Part shown: positions 1-11,600 of the stretch, piece by piece
How positions within the stretch are numbered: the first letter of the stretch is position 1
Layout of the letters: every line of letters starts with the position of its first letter
NCBI GenBank assembly: GCA_964016885.1
Contig: OZ024743.1
Location: 134,044,001-134,108,000 of the forward strand
Direction: 5' to 3'
Length of the DNA: 64,000 nucleotides
DNA from: Eledone cirrhosa
Lineage: Eukaryota
Program-made: the position numbers and the translations under genes
The notes under the pieces: model-generated
Database searches by the model: none
The model's input: only the letters and a program-made list of their open reading frames with translations
What the model was told of the DNA's origin: nothing

Positions 1-1775
1 TTGGTGTTTGGTGCTTGGTGCTTGGTGTTTGGTGCTGGGTGCTGGGTGCTTGGTGTTTGGTGCTTGGTGCTTGGTGCTTGGTGTTTGGTGCTTGGTGCTT
101 TGTGCTTGGTCTTTGGTGCTTGGTGTTTGCTGTTTGGTGCTTGGTGCTTGGTGCTTGGTGTTTGGTGCTTGGTGATTAGTGTTTGGTGCTTGGTACTTGG
201 TGTTTGGTGCTTGCTGTTTGGTGTTTGCTGTTTGGTGTTTGGTGTTTGGTGTTTGCTGTTTGGTGTCTGCTTTTTGGTGTTTGGTGTTTGCTGTATGGTG
301 TCTGCTGTTTCGTGTTTGGTGTTTGCTGTTTGGTGTTTGGTGCTTGGTGCTTGGTGTTTGGTGCTTGGTGCTTGGTGCTCGGTGGTTGGTGTTTGGTGCT
401 TGGTGTTTGGTGCTGGGTGCTTGGTGTTTGGTGCTTGGTGCTTGGTGTTTGGTGCTTGGTGTTTGGTGTTTGGTGCTTGGTGCTTGGTGTTTGGTGCTTG
501 GTGCTTGGTGTTTGGTGCTTGGTGCTTAGTGTTTGGTGCTAGGTGCTTGGGGTTTGGTGTTTGGTGCTTGGTGTTTGGTGCTTGGTGCTTGGTGTTTGGT
601 GTTTGGTGTTCGGTGCTTGGTGCTTGGTATTTGGTGTTTGATGTTTGCTGTTTGGTGTTTGTTGTTTGGTGTTTGTTGTTTGGTGTTTGCTGTTTGGTGT
701 TTGGTGTTTGGTGTTTGCTGTTTGGTGTCTGCTTTTTGGTGTTTGGTGTTTGCTGTATGTTGTTTGCTGTTTGGTGTTTGGTGTTTGGTATTTGGTGTTT
801 GGTGCTTGGTGCTTGGTGTTTGGTGCTTGGATCTTGGTGCTTGGTGCCTGGTGTTTGGTGTTTATTGCTTGTTGCTTGGTGCTTGGTGCTTGGTGTTTGG
901 TGTTTGGTGCTTGGGGTTTGGTGCTGGGTGCTTGGTGTTTGGTGCATGGTGCTTGGTGCTTGGTGTTTGGTGTTATATGCTTGGTGTTTGATGCTTGGTG
1001 CTTGGTGCTTGGTGTTTGGTGTTTGGTGCTTGGTGTTTGATGCTTGGTGTTTGATGCTTGGTGCTTGGTGCTTGGTGTTTGTTGCTTGGTGCTTGGTGTT
1101 TGTACTTGGTGCTTGGTGCTTGGTTCTTGGTGTTTGGTGCTTGGTGCTTGGTGCTTTGTGTTTGGTGCTTGGTGCCTGCTGCTTGGTGCTTGGTGTTTGG
1201 TGTTTGGTGTTTGGTGCTTGGTGTTAGGTGTTTGGTGCTTGGTGCTTGGTGTTTGGTGCTTGGTGCTTGGTGTTTGGTGTTTGGTGCTTGGTGTTTGGTG
1301 CTTGGTACTTGGTGCTTGGTGCTTGGTGTTAGGTGTATGGTGCTTGATGCTTGGTGTTTGGTTTTTGGTGCTTGGTGCTTGGTGTTTGGTGTTTGGTGCT
1401 TGCTGCTGGCTGCTTGGTGCTTGGTGATTGGTGCTTGGTGTTTGGTGCTTGGTGTTTGGTGTTTGGTGCTAGGTGCTTGGTGCTTGGTGTTTGGTGCTTG
1501 GTGCTTGGTGTTTGGTGTTTGGTGTTTGGTGCTTGGTGCTTGGTGTTTGGTGCTTGGTGCTTGGTGCTGGGTGGTTGGTGTTTGGTGCTTGGTGTTTGGT
1601 GCTGGGTGCTTGGTGTTTGGTGCTTGGTGCTTGGTGTTTGGTGCTTGGTGTTTGGTGTTTGGTGCTTGGTGCTTGGTGTTTGGTGCTTGGTGCTTGGTGT
1701 TTGGTGCTTGGTGCTTAGTGTTTGGTGCTAGGTGCTTGGGGTTTGGTGTTTGGTGCTTGGTGTTTGGTGCTTGGT
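1..1775. repeat. Block recurring at +7308 (~7309-9083) and at a further +5973 (~13282-15056)
   Basis: GGATC landmark at 829, 8137 and 14110. Near-identical ORF translations at 179/7487/13460, 533/7841/13814 and 1044/8352/14325. Confidence 0.92.
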
Positions 1776-1859
1776 GCATGGTGTTTGGTGCTGGGTGCTT
1801 GGTGTTTGGTGCTTGGTGTTTGGTGCTTGGTGCTTGGTGTTTGGTGTTTGGTGTTTGAT

Positions 1860-4290
1860 GCTTGGTGCTTGGTGCTTGGTGTTTGGTGCTTGGTGTTTGT
1901 ACTTGGTGCTTGGTGCTTGGTGTTTTGTGCTTAGTTCTTGGTGTTTGGTGTTTGGTGCTTGGTGCTTGGTGCTTGGTGTTAGGTGTTTGGTGCTTGGTGC
2001 TTGGTGTTTGGTCTTTGGTGCTTGGTGTTTGGTGCTTGGTGCTTGGTGTTTGCTGTTTGGTGCTAGATGCTTGGTGCTTGGTGTTTGGTGTTTGGTGTTT
2101 GGTGTTTGGTGCTTCGTGCTTGGGGTTTGGTGTTTGGTGCTTGGTGCTTGGTGCTTGGTCTTTGGTGCTTGGTGCTTGGTGTTTGGTGTTTCGTGTTTGG
2201 TGCTTGGTGCTTGGTGTTTGGTGCTTGGTGCTTGGTGCTGGGTGGTTGGTATTTGGTGCTTGGTGCTTGGTGTTTGGTGCTTGGTGCTTGGTGCTTGGTG
2301 TTTGGTGCTTGGTGCTTGGTGCTTGGTCTTTGGTGCTTGGTGTTTGGTGTTTGGTGCTTGGTGCTTCGTGTTTGGTGTTTGATGCTTGGTGCTTGATGTT
2401 TGGTGCTTGGTGCTTGGTGTTTGGTGCTTGGTGCTTGGTGTTTGTACTTGTTGCTTGGTGCTTGATGTTTGGTGCTTGGTTTTTGGTGCTTGGTGTTTGG
2501 TGTTTGCTGTTTGCTGTTTGGTGCTTGGTGTTTGCTGTTTGGTGTTTGTTGTTTGGTGTTTGCTGTTTGGTGTTTGCTGTTTGGTGTTTGGTGCTTGCTG
2601 TTTGGTGCTTGGTGTTTGGTGCTTGGTGCTTAGTGTTTGGTGTTTGGTGCTTGGTGCTTGGGGCTTGGTGTTTGGTGCTTGGTGCTTGGTGCTTGGTGCT
2701 TGGTGTTTGGTGCATGGTGCTTGGTGCTTGGTGTTTGTCGCTTGGTGCTTGGTGCTTGGTGTTTGGTGCTTGGTGTTTGGTGTTTGGTGCTTGGTGTTTG
2801 GTGTTTGGTGTTTGGTGTTTGAATTTTGCTGTTTGGTGTTTGCTGTTTGCTGTTTGGTGTCTGCTTTTTGGTGTTTGGTGTTTTCTGTATGGTGTTTGCT
2901 GTTTCGTGTTTGGTGTTTGCTGTTTGGTGTTTGCTGTTTGCTGTTTGGTGTTTGGTGCTTGGTGCTTGGTGCTTGGTGTTTGGTGTTTGGTGCTTGGTGT
3001 TTGGTGTTTGGTGCTTGGTGCTTGGATTTTGGTGCTTGGTGCCTGCTGCTTGGTGTTTGGTGTTTGATGCTTGGTGCTTGATGCTTGGTGCTTGGTGTTT
3101 GGTGCTTGGTGCTTGGTGTTTGTACTTGTTACTTGGTGCTTGGTGTCTGGTGTTTGGTGCTTGGTGTCTGGTGTTTTGTGCTTGGTGTTTGGTGTTTGGT
3201 GCTTGGTGCTTGGTGTTTGGTGTTTGGTGCTTGGTGCTTGGTGTTTGGTGTTTAGTGCTTGGTGTTTGGTGTTTGGTGCTTGGTGCTTGGTGTTTGTTGC
3301 TTGGTACTTGGTGCATGGTGTTTGGTGCTGGGTGCTTGGTGTTTGGTGCTTGGTGTTTGGTGCTTGGTGCTTGGTGTTTGGTGTTTGGTGCTTGGTGTTT
3401 GGTGCTTGGTACTTGGTGCTTGGTGCTTGGTGTTAGGTGTTTGGTGCTTGGTGCTTGGTGTTTGATTTTTGGTGCTTGGTGCTTGGTGTTTGGTGCTTGG
3501 TGTTTGTACTTGGTGCTTGGTGCTTGGTGTTTTGTGCTTAGTTCTTGGTGTTTGGTGTTTGGTGCTTGGTGCTTGGTGCTTGGTGTTAGGTGTTTGGTGC
3601 TTGGTGCTTGGTGTTTGGTCTTTGGTGCTTGGTGTTTGGTGCTTGGTGCTTGGTGTTTGCTGTTTGGTGCTAGATGCTTGGTGCTTGGTGTTTGGTGTTT
3701 GGTGTTTGGTGTTTGGTGCTTCGTGCTTGGGGTTTGGTGTTTGGTGCTTGGTGCTTGGTGCTTGGTCTTTGGTGCTTGGTGCTTGGTGTTTGGTATTTCG
3801 TGTTTGGTGCTTGGTGTTTGGTGCTTGGTGCTTGGTGCTGGGTGGTTGGTATTTGGTGCTTGGTGCTTGGTGTTTGGTGCTTGGTGCTTGGTGCTTGGTG
3901 TTTGGTGCTTGGTGCTTGGTGTTTGTTGTTTGGTGCTTTCTGCTTGCTGCTTGGTGTTTGGTGCTTGGTCATTGGTGCTTGGTGTTTGGTGCTTGGTGCT
4001 TGGTGTTTGCTGTTTGGTGCTAGATGCTTGGTGCTTGGTGTTTGGTGTTTGGTGTTTGGTGTTTGGTGCTTCGTGCTTGGGGTTTGGTGTTTGGTGCTTG
4101 GTGCTTGGTGCTTGGTCTTTGGTGCTTGGTGCTTGGTGTTTGGTGTTTCGTGTTTGGTGCTTGGTGCTTGGTGTTTGGTGTTTGGTGCTTGGTGCTTGGT
4201 GCTTGGTGTTTGGTGCTTGGTGCTTGGTGCTTGGTCTTTGGTGCTTGGTGTTTGGTGTTTGGTGCTTGGTGCTTGGTGCTTGGTGTTTGG
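1860..4290. repeat. Three copies of a ~350-450 bp sub-block (offsets 1607 and 350)
   Basis: The CTAGATGC...TTCGTGC TTGGGGT signature recurs. ORFs with the same start sequence begin at 2067, 3674 and 4024; 1862 pairs with 3469. Confidence 0.85.
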
Positions 4291-4559
4291 TGCTTGGTGA
4301 TTAGTGTTTGGTGCTTGGTGCTTGGGGTTTGGTGTTTGGTGCTTGGTGCTTGGTGTTTGGTGCTTGGTACTTGGTGTTTGGTGCTTGGTGTTTGGTGTTT
4401 GCTGTTTGGTGTTTGGTGTTTGGTGTTTGCTGTTTGGTGTCTGCTTTTTGGTGTTTGGTGTTTGCTGTATGGTGTTTGCTGTTTCGTGTTTGGTGTTTGC
4501 TGTTTGGTGTTTGGTGTTTGCTGTTAGGTGGTTGGTCTTTGGTGCTTGGTGTTTGGTGC

Positions 4560-5610
4560 TTGGTGTTTGGTGTTTGGTGCTTGGTGCTTGGTGTTTGGTG
4601 TTTGGTGTTTGGTGCTTGGTGCTTGGTGTTTGGTGTTTGGTGCTTGGTGTTTGGTGTTTGGTGTTTGGTGCTTGGTGTTTGGTGTTTGGTGCCTGGTGTT
4701 TGGTGTTTATTGCTTGTTGCTTGGTGCTTGGTGCTTGGTGTTTGGTGTTTGGTGCTTGGGGTTTGGTGCTGGGTGCTTGGTGTTTGGTGCTTGGTGCTTG
4801 GTGCTTGGTGCTTGGTGTTTCGTGTTTGGTGCTGGGTGATTGGTGTTTGGTGTTTGGTGTTATATGCTTGGTGTTTGATGCTTAGTGCTTGGTGCTTGGT
4901 GTTTGGTGTTTGGTGCTTGGTGTTTGCTGCTTGGTGTTTGATGCTTGGTGCTTGGTACTTGGTGTTTGGTGCTTGGTGCTTGGTGTTTGTACTTGGTGCT
5001 TGGTGTTTGGTTCTTGGTGTTTGGTGCTTGGTGCTTGGTGCTTGGTGCTTTGTGTTTGGTGCTTGGTGTTTGGTGCTTGGTGTTTGGTGCTTGGTGCCTG
5101 CTGCTTGGTGCTTGGTGTTTTGTGTTTGGTGTTTTGGGCTTGGTGTTAGGTGTTTGGTGCTTGGTGCTTGGTGTTTGGTGTTTGGTGCTTGGTGTTTGGT
5201 GCTTGGTGCTTGGTGCTTGGTGTTTGGTGTTTGGTGCTTGGTGCTTGGTGCTTGGTGTTTGGTGTTTGGTGCTTGGTGTTTGGTGTTTGGTGTTTGGTGC
5301 TTGGTGTTTGGTGTTTGGTGCCTGGTGTTTGGTGTTTATTGCTTGTTGCTTGGTGCTTGGTGCTTGGTGTTTGGTGTTTGGTGCTTGGGGTTTGGTGCTG
5401 GGTGCTTGGTGTTTGGTGCTTGGTGCTTGGTGCTTGGTGCTTGGTGTTTCGTGTTTGGTGCTGGGTGCTTGGTGTTTCGTGTTTGGTGTTATATGCTTGG
5501 TGTTTGATGCTTAGTGCTTGGTGCTTGGTGTTTGGTGTTTGGTGCTTGGTGTTTGCTGCTTGGTGTTTGATGCTTGGTGCTTGGTACTTGGTGTTTGGTG
5601 CTTGGTGCTT
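4560..5610. repeat. Local duplication, offset 629 bp (601 bp in the homologous copy at ~10500-11520)
   Basis: The TTATTGC...TTATATG...TTAGTG signature occurs twice. ORF pairs 4889/5518 and 10835/11436. Confidence 0.85.
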
Positions 5611-5619
5611 GGTGTTTGG

Positions 5620-8600
5620 TGCTTTGTGTTTGGTGCTTGGTGTTTGGTGCTTGGTGTTTGGTGCTTGGTGCCTGTGCTTGGTGCTTGGTGTTTGGTGTTT
5701 GGTGTTTGGGGCTTGGTGTTAGGTGTTTGGTGCTTGGTGCTTGGTGTTTGGTGTTTGGTGCTTGGTGTTTGGTGCTTGGTGCTTGGTGTTTGGTGTTTGG
5801 TGCTTGGTGTTTGGTGCTTGGTACTTGGTGCTTGGTGCTTGGTGTTAGGTGTTTGGTGCTTGGTGCTTGGTGTTTGGTTTTTGGTGCTTGGTGCTTGGTG
5901 TTTGGTGTTTGGTGCTTGCTGCTGGCTGCTTGGTGCTTGGTGATTGGTGCTTGGTGTTTGGTGCTTGGTGTTTGGTGTTTGGTGCTAGGTGCTTGGTGCT
6001 TGGTGTTTGGTGCTTGGTGCTTGGTGTTTGGTGTTTGGTGTTTGGTGCTTGGTGCTTGGTGTTTGGTGCTTGGTGCTTGGTGCTGGGTGGTTGGTGTTTG
6101 GTGCTTGGTGTTTGGTGCTGGGTGCTTGGTGTTTGGTGCTTGGTGTTTGGTGCTTGGTGTTTGGTGTTTGGTGCTTGGTGCTTGGTGTTTGGTGCTTGGT
6201 TCTTGGTGTTTGGTGCTTGGTGCTTAGTGTTTGGTGCTAGGTGCTTGGGGTTTGGTGTTTGGTGCTTGGTGTTTGGTGCTTGGTGCTTGGTGTTTGGTGT
6301 TTGGTGTTTGGTGCTTGGTGCTTGGTATTTGGTGTTTGCTGTTTGCTGTTTGGTGTTTGTTGTTTGGTGTTTGTTGTTTGGTGTTTGGTGTTTGCTGTTT
6401 GGTGTCTGCTTTTTGGTGTTTGGTGTTTGCTGTATGTTGTTTGCTGTTTGGTGTTTGGTGTTTGGTATTTGGTGTTTGGTGCTTGGTGCTTGGTGTTTGG
6501 TGCTTGGTGCTTGGTGTTTGGTGCCTGGTGCTTGGTGCTTGGTGTTTGGTGTTTGGTGCTTGGTGCTTGGTGCTTGGAGTTTGGTGTTTGGTGCTTGTTG
6601 CTTGGTGTTTTGTGTTTGGTGTTTGGTTTTTGGTGCTTGGTGCTTGGTGCTTGGTCCTTGGTGTTTGATGCTGGGTGCTTTGTGTTTGGTGCTTGGTGCT
6701 TCGTGCTTGGTGTTTGGTGTTTGCTGCTTGGTGTTTGGTGCTTGGTGCTTGGTGTTTGGTGTTTTGAGTTTGGTGCTTGGTGCTTGGTGTTTGGTGCTTT
6801 GTGCTTGGTGCTTGGTGCTTTTACTTGGTGCTTGGTGCTTGGTGTTTGGTTCTTGGTTCTTGGTGTTTGGTACTTGGTGCTTGGTGCTTGGTGTTTGGTG
6901 CTTGGTGTTTGGTGCTTGTTGCTTGGTGTTTGGTGCTTGGTGTTTGGTGTTTGGTGCTTGGTGCTTGGTGTTTGGTGTTTGGTGTTTGGTGTTTGCTGTT
7001 TGGTGTTTGGTGTTTGCTGTTTGCTGTTTGGTGTCTGCTTTTTGGTGTTTGGTGTTTGCTGTATGGTGTTTGCTGTTTTGGTGTTTGGTGTTTGCTGTTT
7101 GGTGTTTGGTCTTTGGTGCTTGGTGTTTGGTGTTTGGTGCTTGGTGCTTGGTGCTTGGTGTTTGGTGTTTGGTGCTTGGTGTCTGGTGCTTGGTGTTTGG
7201 TGTTTGGTGCTTGGTGTTTGGTGTTTGGTGTTTGGTGCTTGGTGCTTGGTGTTTGGTGTTTGGTGCTTGGTGTTTGGTGTTTGGTGCTTGTTGCTTGGTG
7301 CTTGGTGCTTGGTGTTTGGTGCTTGGTGCTTGGTGTTTGGTGCTGGGTGCTGGGTGCTTGGTGTTTGGTGCTTGGTGCTTGGTGCTTGGTGTTTGGTGCT
7401 TGGTGCTTTGTGCTTGGTCTTTGGTGCTTGGTGTTTGCTGTTTGGTGCTTGGTGCTTGGTGCTTGGTGTTTGGTGCTTGGTGATTAGTGTTTGGTGCTTG
7501 GTACTTGGTGTTTGGTGCTTGCTGTTTGGTGTTTGCTGTTTGGTGTTTGGTGTTTGGTGTTTGCTGTTTGGTGTCTGCTTTTTGGTGTTTGGTGTTTGCT
7601 GTATGGTGTCTGCTGTTTCGTGTTTGGTGTTTGCTGTTTGGTGTTTGGTGCTTGGTGCTTGGTGTTTGGTGCTTGGTGCTTGGTGCTCGGTGGTTGGTGT
7701 TTGGTGCTTGGTGTTTGGTGCTGGGTGCTTGGTGTTTGGTGCTTGGTGCTTGGTGTTTGGTGCTTGGTGTTTGGTGTTTGGTGCTTGGTGCTTGGTGTTT
7801 GGTGCTTGGTGCTTGGTGTTTGGTGCTTGGTGCTTAGTGTTTGGTGCTAGGTGCTTGGGGTTTGTTGTTTGGTGCTTGGTGTTTGGTGCTTGGTGCTTGG
7901 TGTTTGGTGTTTGGTGTTCGGTGCTTGGTGCTTGGTATTTGGTGTTTGATGTTTGCTGTTTGGTGTTTGTTGTTTGGTGTTTGTTGTTTGGTGTTTGCTG
8001 TTTGGTGTTTGGTGTTTGGTGTTTGCTGTTTGGTGTCTGCTTTTTGGTGTTTGGTGTTTGCTGTATGTTGTTTGCTGTTTGGTGTTTGGTGTTTGGTATT
8101 TGGTGTTTGGTGCTTGGTGCTTGGTGTTTGGTGCTTGGATCTTGGTGCTTGGTGCCTGGGGTTTGGTGTTTATTGCTTGTTGCTTGGTGCTTGGTGCTTG
8201 GTGTTTGGTGTTTGGTGCTTGGGGTTTGGTGCTGGGTGCTTGGTGTTTGGTGCATGGTGCTTGGTGCTTGGTGTTTGGTGTTATATGCTTGGTGTTTGAT
8301 GCTTGGTGCTTGGTGCTTGGTGTTTGGTGTTTGGTGCTTGGTGTTTGATGCTTGGTGTTTGATGCTTGGTGCTTGGTGCTTGGTGTTTGTTGCTTGGTGC
8401 TTGGTGTTTGTACTTGGTGCTTGGTGCTTGGTTCTTGGTGTTTGGTGCTTGGTGCTTGGTGCTTTGTGTTTGGTGCTTGGTGCCTGCTGCTTGGTGCTTG
8501 GTGTTTGGTGTTTGGTGTTTGGTGCTTGCTGTTAGGTGTTTGGTGCTTGGTGCTTGGTGTTTGGTGCTTGGTGCTTGGTGTTTGGTGTTTGGTGCTTGGT

Positions 8601-11600
8601 GTTTGGTGCTTGGTACTTGGTGCTTGGTGCTTGGTGTTAGGTGTATGGTGCTTGATGCTTGGTGTTTGGTTTTTGGTGCTTGGTGCTTGGTGTTTGGTGT
8701 TTGGTGCTTGCTGCTGGCTGCTTGGTGCTTGGTGATTGGTGCTTGGTGTTTGGTGCTTGGTGTTTGGTGTTTGGTGCTAGGTGCTTGGTGTTTGGTGTTT
8801 GGTGCTTGGTGCTTGGTGTTTGGTGTTTGGTGTTTGGTGCTTGGTGCTTGGTGTTTGGTGCTTGGTGCTTGGTGCTGGGTGGTTGGTGTTTGGTGCTTGG
8901 TGTTTGGTGCTGGGTGCTTGGTGTTTGGTGCTTGGTGCTTGGTGTTTGGTGCTTGGTGTTTGGTGTTTGGTGCTTGGTGCTTGGTGTTTGGTGCTTGGTG
9001 CTTGGTGTTTGGTGCTTGGTGCTTAGTGTTTGGTGCTAGGTGCTTGGGGTTTGGTGTTTGGTGCTTGGTGTTTGGTGCTTGGTGCTTGGTGTTTGGTGTT
9101 TGGTGTTTGGTGCTTGGTGCTTGGTATTTGGTGTTTACTGTTTGCTGTTTGGTGTTTGTTGTTTGGTGTTTGTTGTTTGGTGTTTGCTGTTTGGTGTTTG
9201 CTGCTTGGTGTTTGGTGCTTGGTGCTTGATGCTTGGTGTTTTGTGTTTGGTGCTTGGTGCTTGGTGTTTGGTGCTTGGTGCTTGGTTCTAGGTGTTTGTA
9301 CTTAGTGCTTGGTGTTTGGTGCTTGGTGCTTGGTGCTTGGTGTTTGGTGTTTGGTGCTTGGTTCTTGGTGCTTGGAGTTTGGTGTTTGGTGATTGTTGCT
9401 TGGTGTTTGGTGCTTGGTGCTTTGTGCTTGGTGTTTGGTGTTTGCTGCTTGGTGTTTTGTGCTTGGTGCTTGGTGCTTGGTGTTTTGAGTTTGGTGCTTG
9501 GTGCTTGGTGTTTGGTGCTTGGTGCTTGGTGCTTGGTGTTTGTACTTGGTGCTTGGTGCTTGGTGTTTGGTTCTTGGTTCTTGGTGTTTGGTACTTGGTG
9601 CTTGGTGCTTGGTGCTTGGTGTTTGGTGCTTGGTGTTTGGTGCTTGTTGCTTGGTGTTTGGTGCTTGGTGTTTGGTGTTTGGTGCTTGGTGCTTGGTGTT
9701 TGGTGTTTGGTGTTTGCTGTTTGCTGTTTGGTGTTTGGTGTTTGCTGTTTGCTGTTTGGTGTCTGCTTTTTGGTGTTTGGTGTTTGCTGTATGGTGTTTG
9801 CTGTTTTGGTGTTTGGTGTTTGCTGTATGGTGTTTGGTCTTTGGTGCTTGGTGTTTGGTGCTTGGTGCTTGGTGTTTGGTGTTTGGTGCTTGGTGTTTGG
9901 TGTTTGGTGTTTGGTGCTTGGTGCTTGGTGCTTGGTGTTTGGTGTTTGGTGTTTGGTGCTTGGTGTCTGGTGCTTGGTGCTTGGTGTTTGGTGCTTGGTG
10001 TTTGGTGTTTGGTGTTTGGTGCTTGGTGCTTGGTGTCTGGTGTTTGGTGCTTGGTGTTTGGTGTTTGGTGCTTGTTGCTTGGTGCTTGGTGCTTGGTGTT
10101 TGGTGCTTGGTGCTTGGTGTTTGGTGCTGGGTGCTGGGTGCTTGGTGTTTGGTGCTTGGTGCTTGGTGCTTGGTGTTTGGTGCTTGGTGCTTGGTGCTTG
10201 GTCTTTGGTGCTTGGTGTTTGCTGTTTGGTGCTTGGTGCTTGGTGCTTCGTGTTTGGTGCTTGGTGATTAGTGTTTGGTGCTTGGTTCTTGGGGTTTGGT
10301 GTTTGGTACTTGGTGTTTGGTGCTTGGTGTTTGGTGTTTGCTGTTTGGTGTTTGGTGTTTGGTGTTTGGTGTTTGCTGTTTGGTGTCTGCTTTTTGGTGT
10401 TTGGTGTTTGCTGTATGGTGTTTGCTGTTTCGTGTTTGGTGTTTGCTGTTTGGTGTTTGGTGTTTGCTGTTAGGTGGTTGGTCTTTGGTGCTTGGTGTTT
10501 GGTGCTTGGTGTTTGGTGTTTGGTGCTTGGTGCTTGGTGTTTGGTGTTTGGTGTTTGGTGCTTGGTGCTTGGTGTTTGGTGTTTGGTGCTTGGTGTTTGG
10601 TGTTTGGTGTTTGGTGCTTGGTGTTTGGTGTTTGGTGCCTGGTGTTTGGTGTTTATTGCTTGTTGCTTGGTGCTTGGTGCTTGGTGTTTGGTGTTTGGTG
10701 CTTGGGGTTTGGTGCTGGGTGCTTGGTGTTTGGTGCTTGGTGCTTGGTGCTTGGTGCTTGGTGTTTCGTGTTTGGTGCTGGGTGATTGGTGTTTGGTGTT
10801 TGGTGTTATATGCTTGGTGTTTGATGCTTAGTGCTTGGTGCTTGGTGTTTGGTGTTTGGTGCTTGGTGTTTGCTGCTTGGTGTTTGATGCTTGGTGCTTG
10901 GTGTTTGTACTTGGTGCTTGGTGCTTGGTTCTTGGTGTTTGGTGCTTGGTGCTTGGTGCTTGGTGCTTTGTGTTTGGTGCTTGGTGTTTGGTGCTTGGTG
11001 TTTGGTGCTTGGTGCCTGCTGCTTGGTGCTTGGTGTTTTGTGTTTGGTGTTTTGGGCTTGGTGTTAGGTGTTTGGTGCTTGGTGCTTGGTGTTTGGTGTT
11101 TGGTGCTTGGTGTTTGGTGCTTGGTGCTTGGTGCTTGGTGTTTGGTGTTTGGTGCTTGGTGCTTGGTGCTTGGTGTTTGGTGTTTGGTGCTTGGTGTTTG
11201 GTGTTTGGTGTTTGGTGCTTGGTGTTTGGTGTTTGGTGCCTGGTGTTTGGTGTTTATTGCTTGTTGCTTGGTGCTTGGTGCTTGGTGTTTGGTGTTTGGT
11301 GCTTGGGGTTTGGTGCTGGGAGCTTGGTGTTTGGTGCTTGGTGCTTGGTGCTTGGTGCTTGGTGTTTCGTGTTTGGTGCTGGGTGCTTGGTGTTTCGTGT
11401 TTGGTGTTATATGCTTGGTGTTTGATGCTTAGTGCTTGGTGCTTGGTGTTTGGTGTTTGGTGCTTGGTGTTTGCTGCTTGGTGTTTGATGCTTGGTGCTT
11501 GGTACTTGGTGTTTGGTGCTTGGTGCTTGGTGTTTGTACTTGGTGCTTGGTGCTTGGTTCTTGGTGTTTGGCGCTTGGTGCTTGGTGCTTGGTGCTTTGT

